Assembly (NCBI GenBank): GCA_048938105.1
Contig: JBHLMN010000004.1
Location: forward strand, 64,001 to 128,000
Origin: Promethearchaeota archaeon
GTDB lineage: Archaea > Asgardarchaeota > Heimdallarchaeia > Hodarchaeales > Hodarchaeaceae
DNA length: 64,000 nt
Reading direction: 5' to 3'
In this document: in pieces, positions 48,839 to 59,837 of the stretch
How positions within the stretch are numbered: the stretch's first letter is position 1
Layout of the letters: each line of letters opens with the position of its first letter
Made by a program: the position numbers and the translations under genes
The notes under the pieces: generated by a model
What the model saw: the letters and a program-made list of their open reading frames with translations, nothing else
Told to the model about the DNA's origin: nothing
Databases searched by the model: none

Positions 48839-51628
48839 CTAGTGGAGAGTTTGAGCGAACTGATTGTAATCATCGCCTAAAGGGATCTCCATTCCTTCAA
48901 GAATGTACATGAGAAGAGACCGTGCTCCAAATTTATCCAATTTGGTGTTATTATGACTACAGCGAGGTAGAAATGTGCATTTCGGACATCCTTGAGGATC
49001 TTTACATTCACAAGCCAAAATATCATAAGCTCTGGTGAATAGCTCGGAGAGATGATCCAAAAGCATAGCACAGACTCCTGAACCATTAGCTTGGTCAAAC
49101 AGTAAAACATAGCCTTGGGGAATTAAGGCTAATCCTCCAATTTCACTGAGCTGCCCCCCAATAAAGGGCAGACTAGCGTGGAGAAGGACATGAACCAAGG
49201 TATGCAACGCAGCTCTAAAAGTACTATGATCAGAACCTATAATATCTGTAAAAAGAGTTGGAACCTGAAAAAGGAGGCCTTTGGAATGGGAGGAATAATA
49301 GAGAGGATCACGAAGTCTATTCATGGAAGTACCATTCGGAGACTCTAAAACATAGCCAAAAACCGTCTGAAGGACCTTTGTTTCAACTGATACGACTTCT
49401 AGTCCAAAGACATGATGATGAGTATGGAGGGTCAAGATCTCTGGTTTTAGCGAGGAGAGAGGATAAGTATTTCCCCACACACTCTTTGGCTTGATAAGCT
49501 CTGCTACCCCTCGTATTCCGTTAAAATAAAAACTAATCACTTGATATCGTGTGCCCCCAGAATAATAAAACGCCCCAGGATATAGTTCTAACATAGCAAT
49601 AGGCATCACACGTTTTCCGATTTTTCTTCCCCCACGTATTTTTATCACCACCTCGTGGTTCCTCCCTCGAATCGAATATCTCCGTGCTTGTTCTTGTCCT
49701 TCTTGCGTTGGCAGGAGAATGGATTCATCTACCTGATTCAGAAGATTTTCTGCTACTAATCTACTAAGGATGGGAGCATATTCAGGAAACTCACTCACAT
49801 CAATGGGATGATCGAGGGAGGCACATAGTAACTGGTTTTCTGTGACGTTAGGATTGTCGGGGTCAAAAAATACTTCTTCTATGTCTTGATAATACCGCTT
49901 GGGGTATCGATAATAGTAGTTAGAAATTGGATCTTCGCTATTTAGATGAATGATTGCTACTGCTTCTTGGCCCTTCCGACCTGCCCTTCCGATTCTTTGC
50001 ATAGCACGATTTACTGCAATAGGAGGCGTAATAACAATGTCTAAATCTCCAATATCGATTCCCAATTCAAATGTGGGTGTAGCTACCAATAAATCGATTA
50101 TACTGTCTTTGAAATCAGTTTCAACCTGTTCTCGGATTTTCTTGTCTAGTCCTGCCCGATGGATACCAACTCTTTTTGCAGTCCCTCCCAGCTTCTGATA
50201 TAAGATTTCGGCATTGCGATGCGAGTCTTGAAATACCAACGTCTTACCATGATATTTGATGCTGTTGACAAGACTTGTTACACTATCCAAAGTCGACATT
50301 CCTTCAAAGGGAGCTACCATTAAGAAGTGTAAACGGCCCCGTCGTCCATTCTGACATTCGATTACTGTGATAGGCCGATCGAGCAATTTTGAGGCAAACG
50401 ATTGCGCATTGGCAACTGTAGCTGAGGCTCCAATAAATTGTAGTTTTGTTTGTATTATTCGTTCTAAACGGCGCAATATGAAGTACATGTTTGAGCCAAA
50501 AGTTCCAGTATACGAATGGATTTCATCTAAAATGACGATTTTAAGGCCTGCGAGTAAATCCTGGAAATAACTGCTATTTTTCCCGATTCCTAAGTGATAA
50601 TGCAAAATATCAGGGTTAGTAATCAAAATTTCAGGGGGATCAGCATAGATTTTTTTCCGCCAATAGTGGCTAGTGTCTCCATCAAAGACTCACACTGACA
50701 AGCCTAGAAGGGATGCGAAATCCTCAATTTTCCGAAGTTGATCTTTAGCCAAGGCTTTCATCGGATAGATCAAAAGTAATTGTACTCCACAGTCCTTATA
50801 CTCACGAATCTTGAGTAGTGTTGGAAGAAGGAACGCCTCGGTCTTACCATTCCCTGTGGGGGCAACAATGCACACATCTTGATCCTTTTGAATCATGGTT
50901 ATCGCTTCTTCTTGAAATTGGAAAAAGTGAGTGATTTCCCGTTTCTTTAACGCTTTAACAAGATTAGGGTCGTTTAAAATGTCAATTCTCTTTCCTATCT
51001 CCCCAGGTTGGTTTTCAAACAGACGATAATCAACTATTTGATGCTGTGCAAATTGGATTATTTTTTGGATAGGTGTTGGGAGATCCTTAATGGGAATGTC
51101 AAACCGATTATGGAATTCAGTCAGTGTGATGACACTTTTCGGAGCCTTACTTTGGATAGTCAGTCCATCCTGAAGACCTAGCTCCTGATGAGATGGCAAT
51201 TTTTTCAATTTTCCTGAACTCGCAAGGCGAAGTTCTGTTGCCTTTTGTAGGCAAGCATTTCCCCCCGTCAGGGAATAATATTTTTGTAAACAGAACTCTC
51301 CTTTCCGAACGTCTCTCTGCTTAAAATAGAGTGAAGATAACTGCTTCCATGTTTCCCTATGCGTGTTATTTAATTGTAATATTCGGCCAAACGCCTTCTT
51401 GGCATCACTAATTTGTTTGAATTTCTGAAAGTGATTAGCGATTTCCGTGAGTAACTCAACAGACGGGGTGGGATTCTCTGAAGCTACAATGGCTCTAAAC
51501 TCTGCTAAGATGTCTTCAAGATCACGAAATTCCTGATAATCCTCTATAGCGGAACGATAGCGTGTCCACAAGTTTTTTTTGTTGTCCCCATGAATAGTCA
51601 TGATTTCATCAATGATGATTATTAACAT
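48839..51628 (-). pseudogene. TPR + Hrq1/YprA-type DEAH helicase with DUF1998 Zn domain, interrupted by one in-frame TGA (50690-50692)
   Basis: APTGNGKT, then LGLSV*VFDGDT..ILITNPD in the same frame, then DEIH, SAT, HRAG, ELGIDIG, QRIGRAGR and CEC...GCPKC....RC. Confidence 0.85.
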
Positions 51629-51715
51629 TCACTTATGAATGCGAAAATACTTTGAACCATAATACTGTGTAACAACCTTTATTTTAACCAAGTTATACCT
51701 TAGAGCGATTCAATG

Positions 51716-54319
51716 TTATTCTTCTTTCTTTTTCACTTTTAACTCCTCAAGGAGGGAGCGTTGTTGGGTATGTAGGGTATAATATAGATCGAAAATCCCT
51801 GTTTTAGGATAAAGTGTTAATCCCAGTTCACGGGAAAACTTTTGCAAGCGTATTAAGTTATCATCAGGGAGAAAATCGTCTAGGTTTTTTTCAGGCCTTG
51901 AAGAAATGGCTGAAGCTTCTAATGCTTGATGGAGTTCTTCGGAGTTTGATTGTTGTTGGAGATGGCTGATCTCAAGTAGTAAGTTATTGACCATTGAGTG
52001 AGCTAGATCAAATAAATGGCGAAAATCCTGCCATTCTAATGAGTCAATCATATGTAAATCGTGGTATTCCGCAATTCGTAACCATGGAATGGAGGTGGCT
52101 CGAAGATAACGAACATAATTGACTAGACTACCTACCAAGTTTTTGACTTTTGTATTTGTCCTCTCCCTGTCGGCTTGGGAAGACGAAATATCAAAGTATG
52201 ATTCTAATCGCTGCAACTCTTGGCTGACTGCGTGAACCATGTCATGGGTAAGCGGAGCAGGGAGCTCATTGACGAAATCCAGCTGCGTTTGATAGTATTC
52301 TCGTCCTCGTTCTGTGATCGTCCAATAGGTGCTACCACTCTCTAAACCTGTGGTAAATAAGCCAAGTGACTGAAATTGGTCTAGCGCGAGCACCCCTTGC
52401 TTATCTTCCTCAATTAATCCCATGACTTCATCCACCTGACGTGGTTGGTAAATAAGCAGTTTCAAGAGCTTCATAAGTAGTTCATATTTTATGGGAGTTA
52501 ATCCCAACGTTTCTGACCCACGTTGCTTCGCCTCTGGAATAAATATGGGTTTAAAATCAATTGGACAGAAGTATTTCAGTTTGAAATGGTAAGCATTATT
52601 CTGGGGACTATCTTCACGGAAGAGGAGCCCCTCTCCTTCAGCAATCCCTACAAACTGTTGTTGGGTGTATATAGGGGATTTATGGGTGAAAGAAATTTCG
52701 TGTGATGTGAGGAGTAATTCCCGATCTTGTGCACTCGCGAGCTTCAGATAAATACTGTTCTTGATCTCTTCAAAGTTATCCATATTCGAAGCTAATGCCT
52801 GTAAGCTTTGGCTTCCAAGCATCATGATGTTATCGCGAGCGATGGTTTTACATGCATCCACCACAATGGATGAAATGATTTCCCGCTGACGGCTATAAGC
52901 TGTTCGTCTACTAAGGAATTCAGCTGCGTGTGTTAACACTACGCATCCATTTTTCATATTCTGTGAGAGGTAATGAAGGAGAAATCCAATAGTTGCGCGA
53001 CGAATAAGTGGTGGTTGAGCACCAAATTGAAAAAATGTTGCTGTTCTGTCCCTAACTAATGTGTTACTATAATGGCCCATGAATGCAGCATAATTAACTT
53101 CGGGAAACGACCGAAATTGCTCAAGAATACCTGCCAAGGCTTCAATAGCCATCATGTCTGCAAACATCATGTCTATCCCTTCTGTGTTGACTTGTACATC
53201 ACTCTCATTTCCCCCTCCAATACTCAACTTCACTTCTTGTAATGTAAATAATGAATTCGATTCCGCAGTCTTTTTGATTTGTGCTTCTAATGGTACTGAG
53301 TACCGTGCTGTAAGATATTCTGAAGTATGTAAAGAGCTGAGGAGAATTTGACTGATGAGATGCGATTTCCATGCTGCTCGCGCTTTGGCTGTCGTTTTTT
53401 TCCCACTTGCTGAAATAGGGATGATAACATCACATAGGTTGAGATGGATATTTGTTCCTAAGCGAAACAATTGTAGGTGGAAATCAGGAGGAGGACTGGC
53501 CTGAAAGTGCTTAATGAGACCATTGAGTTCGCTATAGGTATCGATAACGAAAATTTGGCGGGTAGAGTCAGTTCCCGCTAATGAGGCAATCAGTCGTTGG
53601 AGAATGGTAAGTACTTCGGTATTGGTTGAGCCACAGACGAGAACGGATCCTGTACGTAACGCTGGGAATCCTACTGGCAGCGCGGGGTTTGTAATCTGTG
53701 TACCTACCTTATGTACAACAGGTAGATCAGGGGCAACATAATGTTGGATGTGTCTCGATGGCACTCGATCCAATCGGAGAAATGGCTCAACCCACTTAGA
53801 TTGAAACCCTCTATAACCTTTAAAAACCGTGATACCTTCAGGTACACGTTCCCCATGGAAATGCACCCGAATGAGTCTTTCCCCACTCACTAGGGTAACT
53901 TGACATCCACTTGCTTCGAGAATGGTATGAACCATTGAACGCCGCTTTACGAATGCTTTTCGGGCATCTTGGACAATAGTTGGCAGTATTCGCTCTGATT
54001 TCACCCAGAATTTATACGAGACACGCACAAGGAGAAGTAAGGCGGTATGAGAGTCATCTCTATCATTCTGTTTTGATTTGGTGAATTGTGCGGGAAAAAT
54101 TTCTCGAATAACTTCGACTCCAGGATGATTGGTAGCATAAAACAGCGTTTGTGAGGCATTCTTAATGTCCTTGCGTGGTTGTAGAGCAAATATTGAGATC
54201 AACCCTGCCAGTGGGGCCCATGGGATGAATACTTTATCATAATCAATTTTTTCCAAGATAAAGAGGGTGGATTTATCCTCCAACACTTTAGACGCAAGCT
54301 TCGTGTGCCTGATAGCCAT
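51716..54319 (-). CDS. HerA/VirB4-like P-loop protein with degenerate Walker motifs and a C-terminal wHTH
   Basis: VLVCGSTNTE at the Walker A position, FVIDTYSE, HLNL, VVLTHAAEFL at the Walker B position, LGSQ, GEGLL and TITERGREY. Confidence 0.6.
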   Translation of the reverse strand: MAIRHTKLASKVLEDKSTLFILEKIDYDKVFIPWAPLAGLISIFALQPRKDIKNASQTLFYATNHPGVEVIREIFPAQFTKSKQNDRDDSHTALLLLVRVSYKFWVKSERILPTIVQDARKAFVKRRSMVHTILEASGCQVTLVSGERLIRVHFHGERVPEGITVFKGYRGFQSKWVEPFLRLDRVPSRHIQHYVAPDLPVVHKVGTQITNPALPVGFPALRTGSVLVCGSTNTEVLTILQRLIASLAGTDSTRQIFVIDTYSELNGLIKHFQASPPPDFHLQLFRLGTNIHLNLCDVIIPISASGKKTTAKARAAWKSHLISQILLSSLHTSEYLTARYSVPLEAQIKKTAESNSLFTLQEVKLSIGGGNESDVQVNTEGIDMMFADMMAIEALAGILEQFRSFPEVNYAAFMGHYSNTLVRDRTATFFQFGAQPPLIRRATIGFLLHYLSQNMKNGCVVLTHAAEFLSRRTAYSRQREIISSIVVDACKTIARDNIMMLGSQSLQALASNMDNFEEIKNSIYLKLASAQDRELLLTSHEISFTHKSPIYTQQQFVGIAEGEGLLFREDSPQNNAYHFKLKYFCPIDFKPIFIPEAKQRGSETLGLTPIKYELLMKLLKLLIYQPRQVDEVMGLIEEDKQGVLALDQFQSLGLFTTGLESGSTYWTITERGREYYQTQLDFVNELPAPLTHDMVHAVSQELQRLESYFDISSSQADRERTNTKVKNLVGSLVNYVRYLRATSIPWLRIAEYHDLHMIDSLEWQDFRHLFDLAHSMVNNLLLEISHLQQQSNSEELHQALEASAISSRPEKNLDDFLPDDNLIRLQKFSRELGLTLYPKTGIFDLYYTLHTQQRSLLEELKVKKKEE

Positions 54320-54579
54320 TTCTTCTAGACTCCTAGTTCATCGTATATGATTCCCTCTCTTCCTTTTTATATTCAAGATTCAATTATGTTGAAGATATTT
54401 GCTGAAGTCGTCTTTCAAGGTATATTTTGTAGCTGAGTGACTAATTAATTTCAGTAAAATGAGTATTCACTTGTCTTAATTTGTGGATTTTATGTTTAGC
54501 TTCAATTCATTTAATCCTCTTATTTCGTGTTGTTTTCTCATCCTTTACCTTACACTGCTATAGAACGCTTCACATGGGT

Positions 54580-54708
54580 TCAAATCGCTCTCTGTTCTTC
54601 AAACTCCTCAATAGCATTGAAAAGTATGTCTTTGATAGTTTTGGGAGTATCGGATGCAATGATAGAATATATCAGGCGTTCTTCTTCTAAGCTCTCAATT
54701 TTAATCAA
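54580..54708 (-). CDS. Unannotated 42-aa protein MIKIESLEEERLIYSIIASDTPKTIKDILFNAIEEFEEQRAI
   Basis: TTG start with GAGTGA upstream, 12 bp after the longin gene; paralog of 41573-41701. Confidence 0.8.
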   Translation of the reverse strand: MIKIESLEEERLIYSIIASDTPKTIKDILFNAIEEFEEQRAI

Positions 54709-54720
54709 TGCTATTCACTC

Positions 54721-55518
54721 TCATTCAAAAATCAGTAATTCTAAATCGCTATGATCACAAGTGCTCCACTTCAAGGCTCGTTTCCTTCCATATTGTGTTA
54801 TAGTAGTTTTAAAGTGAAAATATGTCAGTAAGGTATCTAAGAGTGTTTCAAAGAAGCAATCCGAGGAACTTGAGCATAATAGACACTGATCACAATCAAT
54901 GGAATACTGAGTAGCTCGTCTCTCGATATGATTTCCATTTAGCGAATCAAGAATTCTATCAATAATTGTAAGCACATCACGCCTCTGTTGAATTGCATCT
55001 GCTAATTGGAATCTTTGAAGAAGCCTTTGAGCCACCAATATACCTAAATCTTCTAAATCTTTTGCTAAAAAGTCGTTTTCACTGATTAACCGTTCATTCT
55101 GCAACACCATCCCCAACTCAAGTCGTGTGTTGAGTCTGACTAAGTGTTCTCTCACTTTATCCTTGAAGGTATCAAAGATCCGTAGATTGAGGACAATTTC
55201 ATCTTGCCATTGTATTTCAGGAAAATTTCGGAAGAACTCGTGGATCAAGTACTCGAAGTCAGCCTCACACCAAACAGGATTAATGGTGGAGTCCAGCGCA
55301 AGCATAAAAATTAAATCATTTTGTTTCCTGAACATAAATGTGACCTTGGCCATTTGGAGAGCATTAATGGTATCCTCCTCGACTTGACTCACAAAGCTGT
55401 AGAGTGCACTGATTAAACTTGAACGGAGGAAACTATCAGAATCACTTTCATGGTGAGGTAGTTGAACTTGGAAAAGCATCAAACCATGGTCAAGAACACA
55501 AAGAAATTCACGGATCAA
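54721..55518 (-). CDS. Longin-domain protein with a C-terminal V4R/Bet3-like Cys domain
   Basis: N-terminal longin pattern (hh..G..LF...SSLISALYSF...I..L......F....LIFML); C-terminal CDQCLLC....CFFE; GGAGG SD. Confidence 0.6.
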   Translation of the reverse strand: MIREFLCVLDHGLMLFQVQLPHHESDSDSFLRSSLISALYSFVSQVEEDTINALQMAKVTFMFRKQNDLIFMLALDSTINPVWCEADFEYLIHEFFRNFPEIQWQDEIVLNLRIFDTFKDKVREHLVRLNTRLELGMVLQNERLISENDFLAKDLEDLGILVAQRLLQRFQLADAIQQRRDVLTIIDRILDSLNGNHIERRATQYSIDCDQCLLCSSSSDCFFETLLDTLLTYFHFKTTITQYGRKRALKWSTCDHSDLELLIFE

Positions 55519-55589
55519 TTTTGAGAACCTCCAAAAGTAAAATTAACCATATTTTCGACCAGAAATCTATTTAACTCGAGTTTCACTAC

Positions 55590-56477
55590 TCAGTCCTCCC
55601 ACTCATAATCCTCGTCTAAGTCATGAAACTCAGCCTCTGTTGAGCTCACAAGTACACCCTTCTTTGATTTGAAAGGGACGAAGAACACTTGTGGCCTATT
55701 TAATTTCCCATGGAGCGCCAATAGCGCCACCAGTAATAATCCCCACAAATAAATGATAAACGCCACAGTGCCTATCAATACAGCGATCAAGAAGTCTTCT
55801 GTCCGCCAGAATGTGTCTAGGGTGAAAATTATTAGGACAAGGACACTGTTAAAAAGAAAAACAGGCCGAATATTCAGATTCAAAATGATCGTATTGATAA
55901 CGGACAACCAGTCATTCATTGTGGGCATCATGACGCCAAAAATCCCCACAAAAAAGTAGAAGTGGAGTGCGGCGCCAGCAACTGTAAGAAACACCTGAGA
56001 AAGTGGAGTGATCAGTGCCAAAGGAGTGATTAATATGTACCCTACCAACAATACCCAGCCAAACCGACTGGGAGCCATCGCGACTCGTCGTGCATAGTCA
56101 ATACGATTGACCGAGATAATAAGCATAGCGTTCTCATCGAATCGTCCAAGGCCAGTCGAAAGACTTGAACGGATGTGATGTTGGTCGTAAAGATCATCAA
56201 TGTCTTCGCTTTCCTCTTCTTTTTGTTCTAGGTCACGATAAATCTCCTTTGCCATGAACACATGTAGGTACACATGAAGGAAACGAAAAGGAAACCAAAG
56301 GATATTAGCAATCCGTTTCAGAAATGGGAGGATATGCAGGATCAATTGTAATAGCATATACATAAATAGTTGTTTGATAAAGAAGAGTATTAGATCCCGT
56401 GGGTCGAGGATTTCATGTACATACCAGTCAAAAAAACCCAGTAATCCTAAAGCAATCAGATCAAAGACAGTACTCAT
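55590..56477 (-). CDS. Membrane protein resembling M50-like zinc metallopeptidases, with HExxH altered to HVYLH
   Basis: FLHVYLH, VAMAP and PTMND motifs; multiple TMs. Confidence 0.55.
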   Translation of the reverse strand: MSTVFDLIALGLLGFFDWYVHEILDPRDLILFFIKQLFMYMLLQLILHILPFLKRIANILWFPFRFLHVYLHVFMAKEIYRDLEQKEEESEDIDDLYDQHHIRSSLSTGLGRFDENAMLIISVNRIDYARRVAMAPSRFGWVLLVGYILITPLALITPLSQVFLTVAGAALHFYFFVGIFGVMMPTMNDWLSVINTIILNLNIRPVFLFNSVLVLIIFTLDTFWRTEDFLIAVLIGTVAFIIYLWGLLLVALLALHGKLNRPQVFFVPFKSKKGVLVSSTEAEFHDLDEDYEWED

Positions 56478-56739
56478 TATGCATCCCTAACCTATCCTTT
56501 GACTTCATGAATGTATAGTAATGAATCAAACGTTCTCTCTCTAAAGCGGCAAGTGCATACGATAACTGAGTTTCTACATCCGTTAGAATATGAAGTAAAG
56601 TATCGACCACTGACAGATAGTCTGGGAAGGCTGGTATGGTCTGTATCTGATAGAGGTCGGTTAAGAATTGGAGGAACTCCTGAAGAGTACCCTGAAGTTC
56701 TTGTACCCAGTATCCTAGACTAGTCTTTTCTATCAACAT
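56461..56739 (-). CDS. Small helical protein (92 aa)
   Basis: ATG start downstream of a promoter-motif copy; overlaps the start of the next gene. Confidence 0.6.
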   Translation of the reverse strand: MLIEKTSLGYWVQELQGTLQEFLQFLTDLYQIQTIPAFPDYLSVVDTLLHILTDVETQLSYALAALERERLIHYYTFMKSKDRLGMHNEYCL

Positions 56740-56976
56740 AATATCTCAAAAGACTATTCTGGAGTACTCCTTTTATACTAAAAATCAACATGCAAAAAGG
56801 GAAATGGTTCCAATGTTCATAATTAGAAACTCAATATGTAGAAGGATATAATTAAGTGAGGGATAAGTCCTAAATTCACAAAAGGCGATTAAACGAGGAA
56901 ATTAGTTATTTCAAAATAGGTTCCAGGCTTTAAATGATCTATCACTATAATGCAATTGATAATCATTCTTAGTTAT

Positions 56977-57495
56977 TTAAGCCTCTCCCTTCGAGTGACT
57001 GTTACGGGAGCGTTCCCATAAAGGAAGAGTTGAAAAATGTATATGATATCGTTTATTCATTGCACGAATTACTTCTTTCCGTACTTCAGGTAGTATTAAT
57101 TGCTTTTTCGCATGGAGTCGTACTCTGAGCGCTCCTTCTTTTGAGATTGTTATTATTCCTACTCCTGTTTCTTCAGCCCACGACAGTTGTTGCTTTTTGG
57201 TGATAGAGTCAAGGATTTCAAATTGCTCCTCTGGACAAACCAGATAACAGTAGTCACAAAATTTCCGGTATAATACAGGATGTTGGAGATGTAGCTGTGT
57301 TTCTGCTTCAAAGAAGTGGATAGAACTGTCAATTTGGCTTATTGCTGCTAGATCAATTCGGAACTGCTCTTGGTCAATCATTCTTTGTAGATCCAAGTGT
57401 TTTGAAGTGATTTGCAACTCCAGATACGTCTGAAAGTGTACTTGTTTGACTAAAATGGTTTCAAGTCGTATGATCAGTTCTTTCTCTGACAACAT
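56977..57495 (-). CDS. MmcB-like PD-(D/E)XK nuclease-fold protein
   Basis: RIDLAAI...FFEAE...YRKFCDYCYLVCP...GVGII. Confidence 0.6.
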   Translation of the reverse strand: MLSEKELIIRLETILVKQVHFQTYLELQITSKHLDLQRMIDQEQFRIDLAAISQIDSSIHFFEAETQLHLQHPVLYRKFCDYCYLVCPEEQFEILDSITKKQQLSWAEETGVGIITISKEGALRVRLHAKKQLILPEVRKEVIRAMNKRYHIHFSTLPLWERSRNSHSKGEA

Positions 57496-57636
57496 AATTA
57501 GTCATATTCGATTCTTAGTTTCGATTTATATAATCAAAATGAGTCTTTTGAGTTCTTTTTTACTTCAAAGTGAGACTTTCGAGTTCTTAAGCATCATTAA
57601 GAATTCTAGGTAGAGGATAACTACTTTTCAGGTGTA

Positions 57637-57903
57637 TTGATTTTGACTAGTTCTCATAGTATTTCTGGACCTAATCTCCCCTTTCTTGATGAGATTTTTT
57701 GTAACAGCCCTTTGTGTCAGATTTGTGAATATGCTAGTGTATCAGGGGGTGTTTGTTTATTATTACTGAATAGAAGGTTCCCTGTTAATCTAATCGTGAA
57801 AGACTCACAAGTTGTGAGTTGCTCAGCCCATCGGAACTGGATCCAGTCGTTAGACAATGAGAAATTATCTAGTCAAATAGATAGCCACAAATTTTCTGGT
57901 TAG
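57637..57903 (+). CDS. Small Cys-rich protein
   Basis: C....CQIC.......C...C; AGGTG SD; 8 bp before the Hef-like gene. Confidence 0.5.
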   Translation: MILTSSHSISGPNLPFLDEIFCNSPLCQICEYASVSGGVCLLLLNRRFPVNLIVKDSQVVSCSAHRNWIQSLDNEKLSSQIDSHKFSG

Positions 57904-57911
57904 GGATCATT

Positions 57912-59837
57912 ATGACCACACATGACGAATCTCCGCATTTAGAGAAACTTAGGTTTAATCCTTCATTACAAGAACAGCTTCTTCTTCCTAAAGTCCATGA
58001 ACAAAATTTACTAGTAATTTACTCTACAGAAGATACATTAATACGTATTCAGGCATTGATCATTCTTTTTTATTTGAACCAATCCACAAACCATACCTCA
58101 AGAGTTCTTATTCTAACTAAAAGGAATAACCAGGAAAAGTTCCAAACCTTACTCAAAACACATTTAAACCAAAGAACGACAGTTCTTAACGGAACCATAC
58201 TCCCACATGCAAGGAAACTTGACTACAATCGTTATTCAGTGATTTTGTCTACCCCACAAACTACCAAGAACGATCTAGCTGATAATTTCTTCCTATCTGA
58301 TCACTTTTCTTTAATTATAGTCAATCAAGCCGAAATGGCAACATCTTCTAGCTCACTGAGATATTTAGTTAATAAATTAACTAATTTTAGGGTAATTGGA
58401 TTTACTCAGGTGACTAATTCAGACCATTTAGAATCTGTGTGCAAAAACTTGCAGCTAAAGAGAGTGGTTCAGTTAAAGGAACCGCTTTCAACCCTCGAAC
58501 GATCCAATATCCAGCATTACTCGATTCCCTTACCACAGGAATATTTTTTCATTCTGGAAATCCTGGATCAAATAAAGAAACATACATTCGAAGAATTAGC
58601 AAGACTAGGATTTGATGTTTCCTCGAAGAGTACCTATCGAGACATTACTGCGATCCATGAGAGTATTAAAAAAGATAACAATAGGAAAGCTCTTATCTGT
58701 ACAGCAAATCTCCAACGAATTATTATCCTTCAACGTATTATTATTTCCCAAGGCTTTCCTGCTGCTCTTGATTATTTCACAACACTTGAATCACACCTTA
58801 TGAGGGATCAAAATTACCAAGGGAAAAAGGCCATCAGGATTTTTCTTGGGGATATGAAAATAGCGAAGCTTCGAGAGTTTCTTGCTATACACAAACAACT
58901 CCAACATCCTAAATCCCAAATGATCCTTAAAATAATCAATCAATATAGAATAGGGATTTCCATTGTGACCAACAATTACTACAATGCGTCTTTTTTAAAG
59001 AATTATTTAAAGGTAAAGGGCTTTTCTGTACTTCAAATACGTGAACCCATTAGTTCTTTGACGGATATTAATCTCCAACGAGCTCTTTTACCATTCACCG
59101 AACAGAAAGTTCAGATTTGTATCACAAATACTGTCAATGAGCTTATTGCTCGAAATGCTGGAGTAATCATCGCGTATGATGTAAATGCAGGTATCGTTGG
59201 CACTTTGAATAGTTTGGATGTAGACATTCCTAAGGTGTTCTTATTGGCTAAACAAACTAATGAAGAGGCTAGGTTTTTCTATCTCAAAAGATTAGGGCTT
59301 CACTCTCATAAACAGAGTCAGAACTTCAATAACCTCAATGAGACCTTAAAAAGATATCATAGGGAAAATTCTACAATTGCTAATGTTACGGATCCCCAAT
59401 CAACCATTTCTACTAGCGAAGATTCTCATGTCTCCTTAACCTTTAATAGTATTTTGTATGAACTTGGAATACCATATCTTTTCTCACAAAAAGAATACGC
59501 TATTCAATCTGATGATGATGTTAGCTTTCCTGGTTTTATACTCAATAACAAAATTTCTTTTCTTCTCCTCATTCCTGACACGATTGACTTTTTTATGTCT
59601 TCAACACCACAAAAAATCTTTAGTCAACTAAAAAAAGAATTTTCTCATGTACACTTGATTCTTTTACCTGATAGTTTGATGACCCTTAGTTTTAACTTTC
59701 GCTGCGACATTTTACATACAGCAAATCACTTTAGGATATGGATTTCTTTTCTTTTACAAGCTCAAGATATTCCTCAGTTAGTTACACGAATAATTAATAA
59801 GCCATTATATCGTTCTAGTCAACCAGTTTCTCTATAA
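57912..59837 (+). CDS. Hef/FANCM-like SF2 helicase homolog, catalytically degenerate
   Basis: NLLVIYST (no GKT), LNG.....R, STPQTTKNDL, IIVNQAE (for DEAH), VIGFT and HPK. Confidence 0.7.
   Translation: MTTHDESPHLEKLRFNPSLQEQLLLPKVHEQNLLVIYSTEDTLIRIQALIILFYLNQSTNHTSRVLILTKRNNQEKFQTLLKTHLNQRTTVLNGTILPHARKLDYNRYSVILSTPQTTKNDLADNFFLSDHFSLIIVNQAEMATSSSSLRYLVNKLTNFRVIGFTQVTNSDHLESVCKNLQLKRVVQLKEPLSTLERSNIQHYSIPLPQEYFFILEILDQIKKHTFEELARLGFDVSSKSTYRDITAIHESIKKDNNRKALICTANLQRIIILQRIIISQGFPAALDYFTTLESHLMRDQNYQGKKAIRIFLGDMKIAKLREFLAIHKQLQHPKSQMILKIINQYRIGISIVTNNYYNASFLKNYLKVKGFSVLQIREPISSLTDINLQRALLPFTEQKVQICITNTVNELIARNAGVIIAYDVNAGIVGTLNSLDVDIPKVFLLAKQTNEEARFFYLKRLGLHSHKQSQNFNNLNETLKRYHRENSTIANVTDPQSTISTSEDSHVSLTFNSILYELGIPYLFSQKEYAIQSDDDVSFPGFILNNKISFLLLIPDTIDFFMSSTPQKIFSQLKKEFSHVHLILLPDSLMTLSFNFRCDILHTANHFRIWISFLLQAQDIPQLVTRIINKPLYRSSQPVSL

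Noticed and set aside
50690-50692. Selenocysteine in the helicase
   Set aside because: The position is not a conserved Cys or redox site in this family, and no convincing SECIS was seen.
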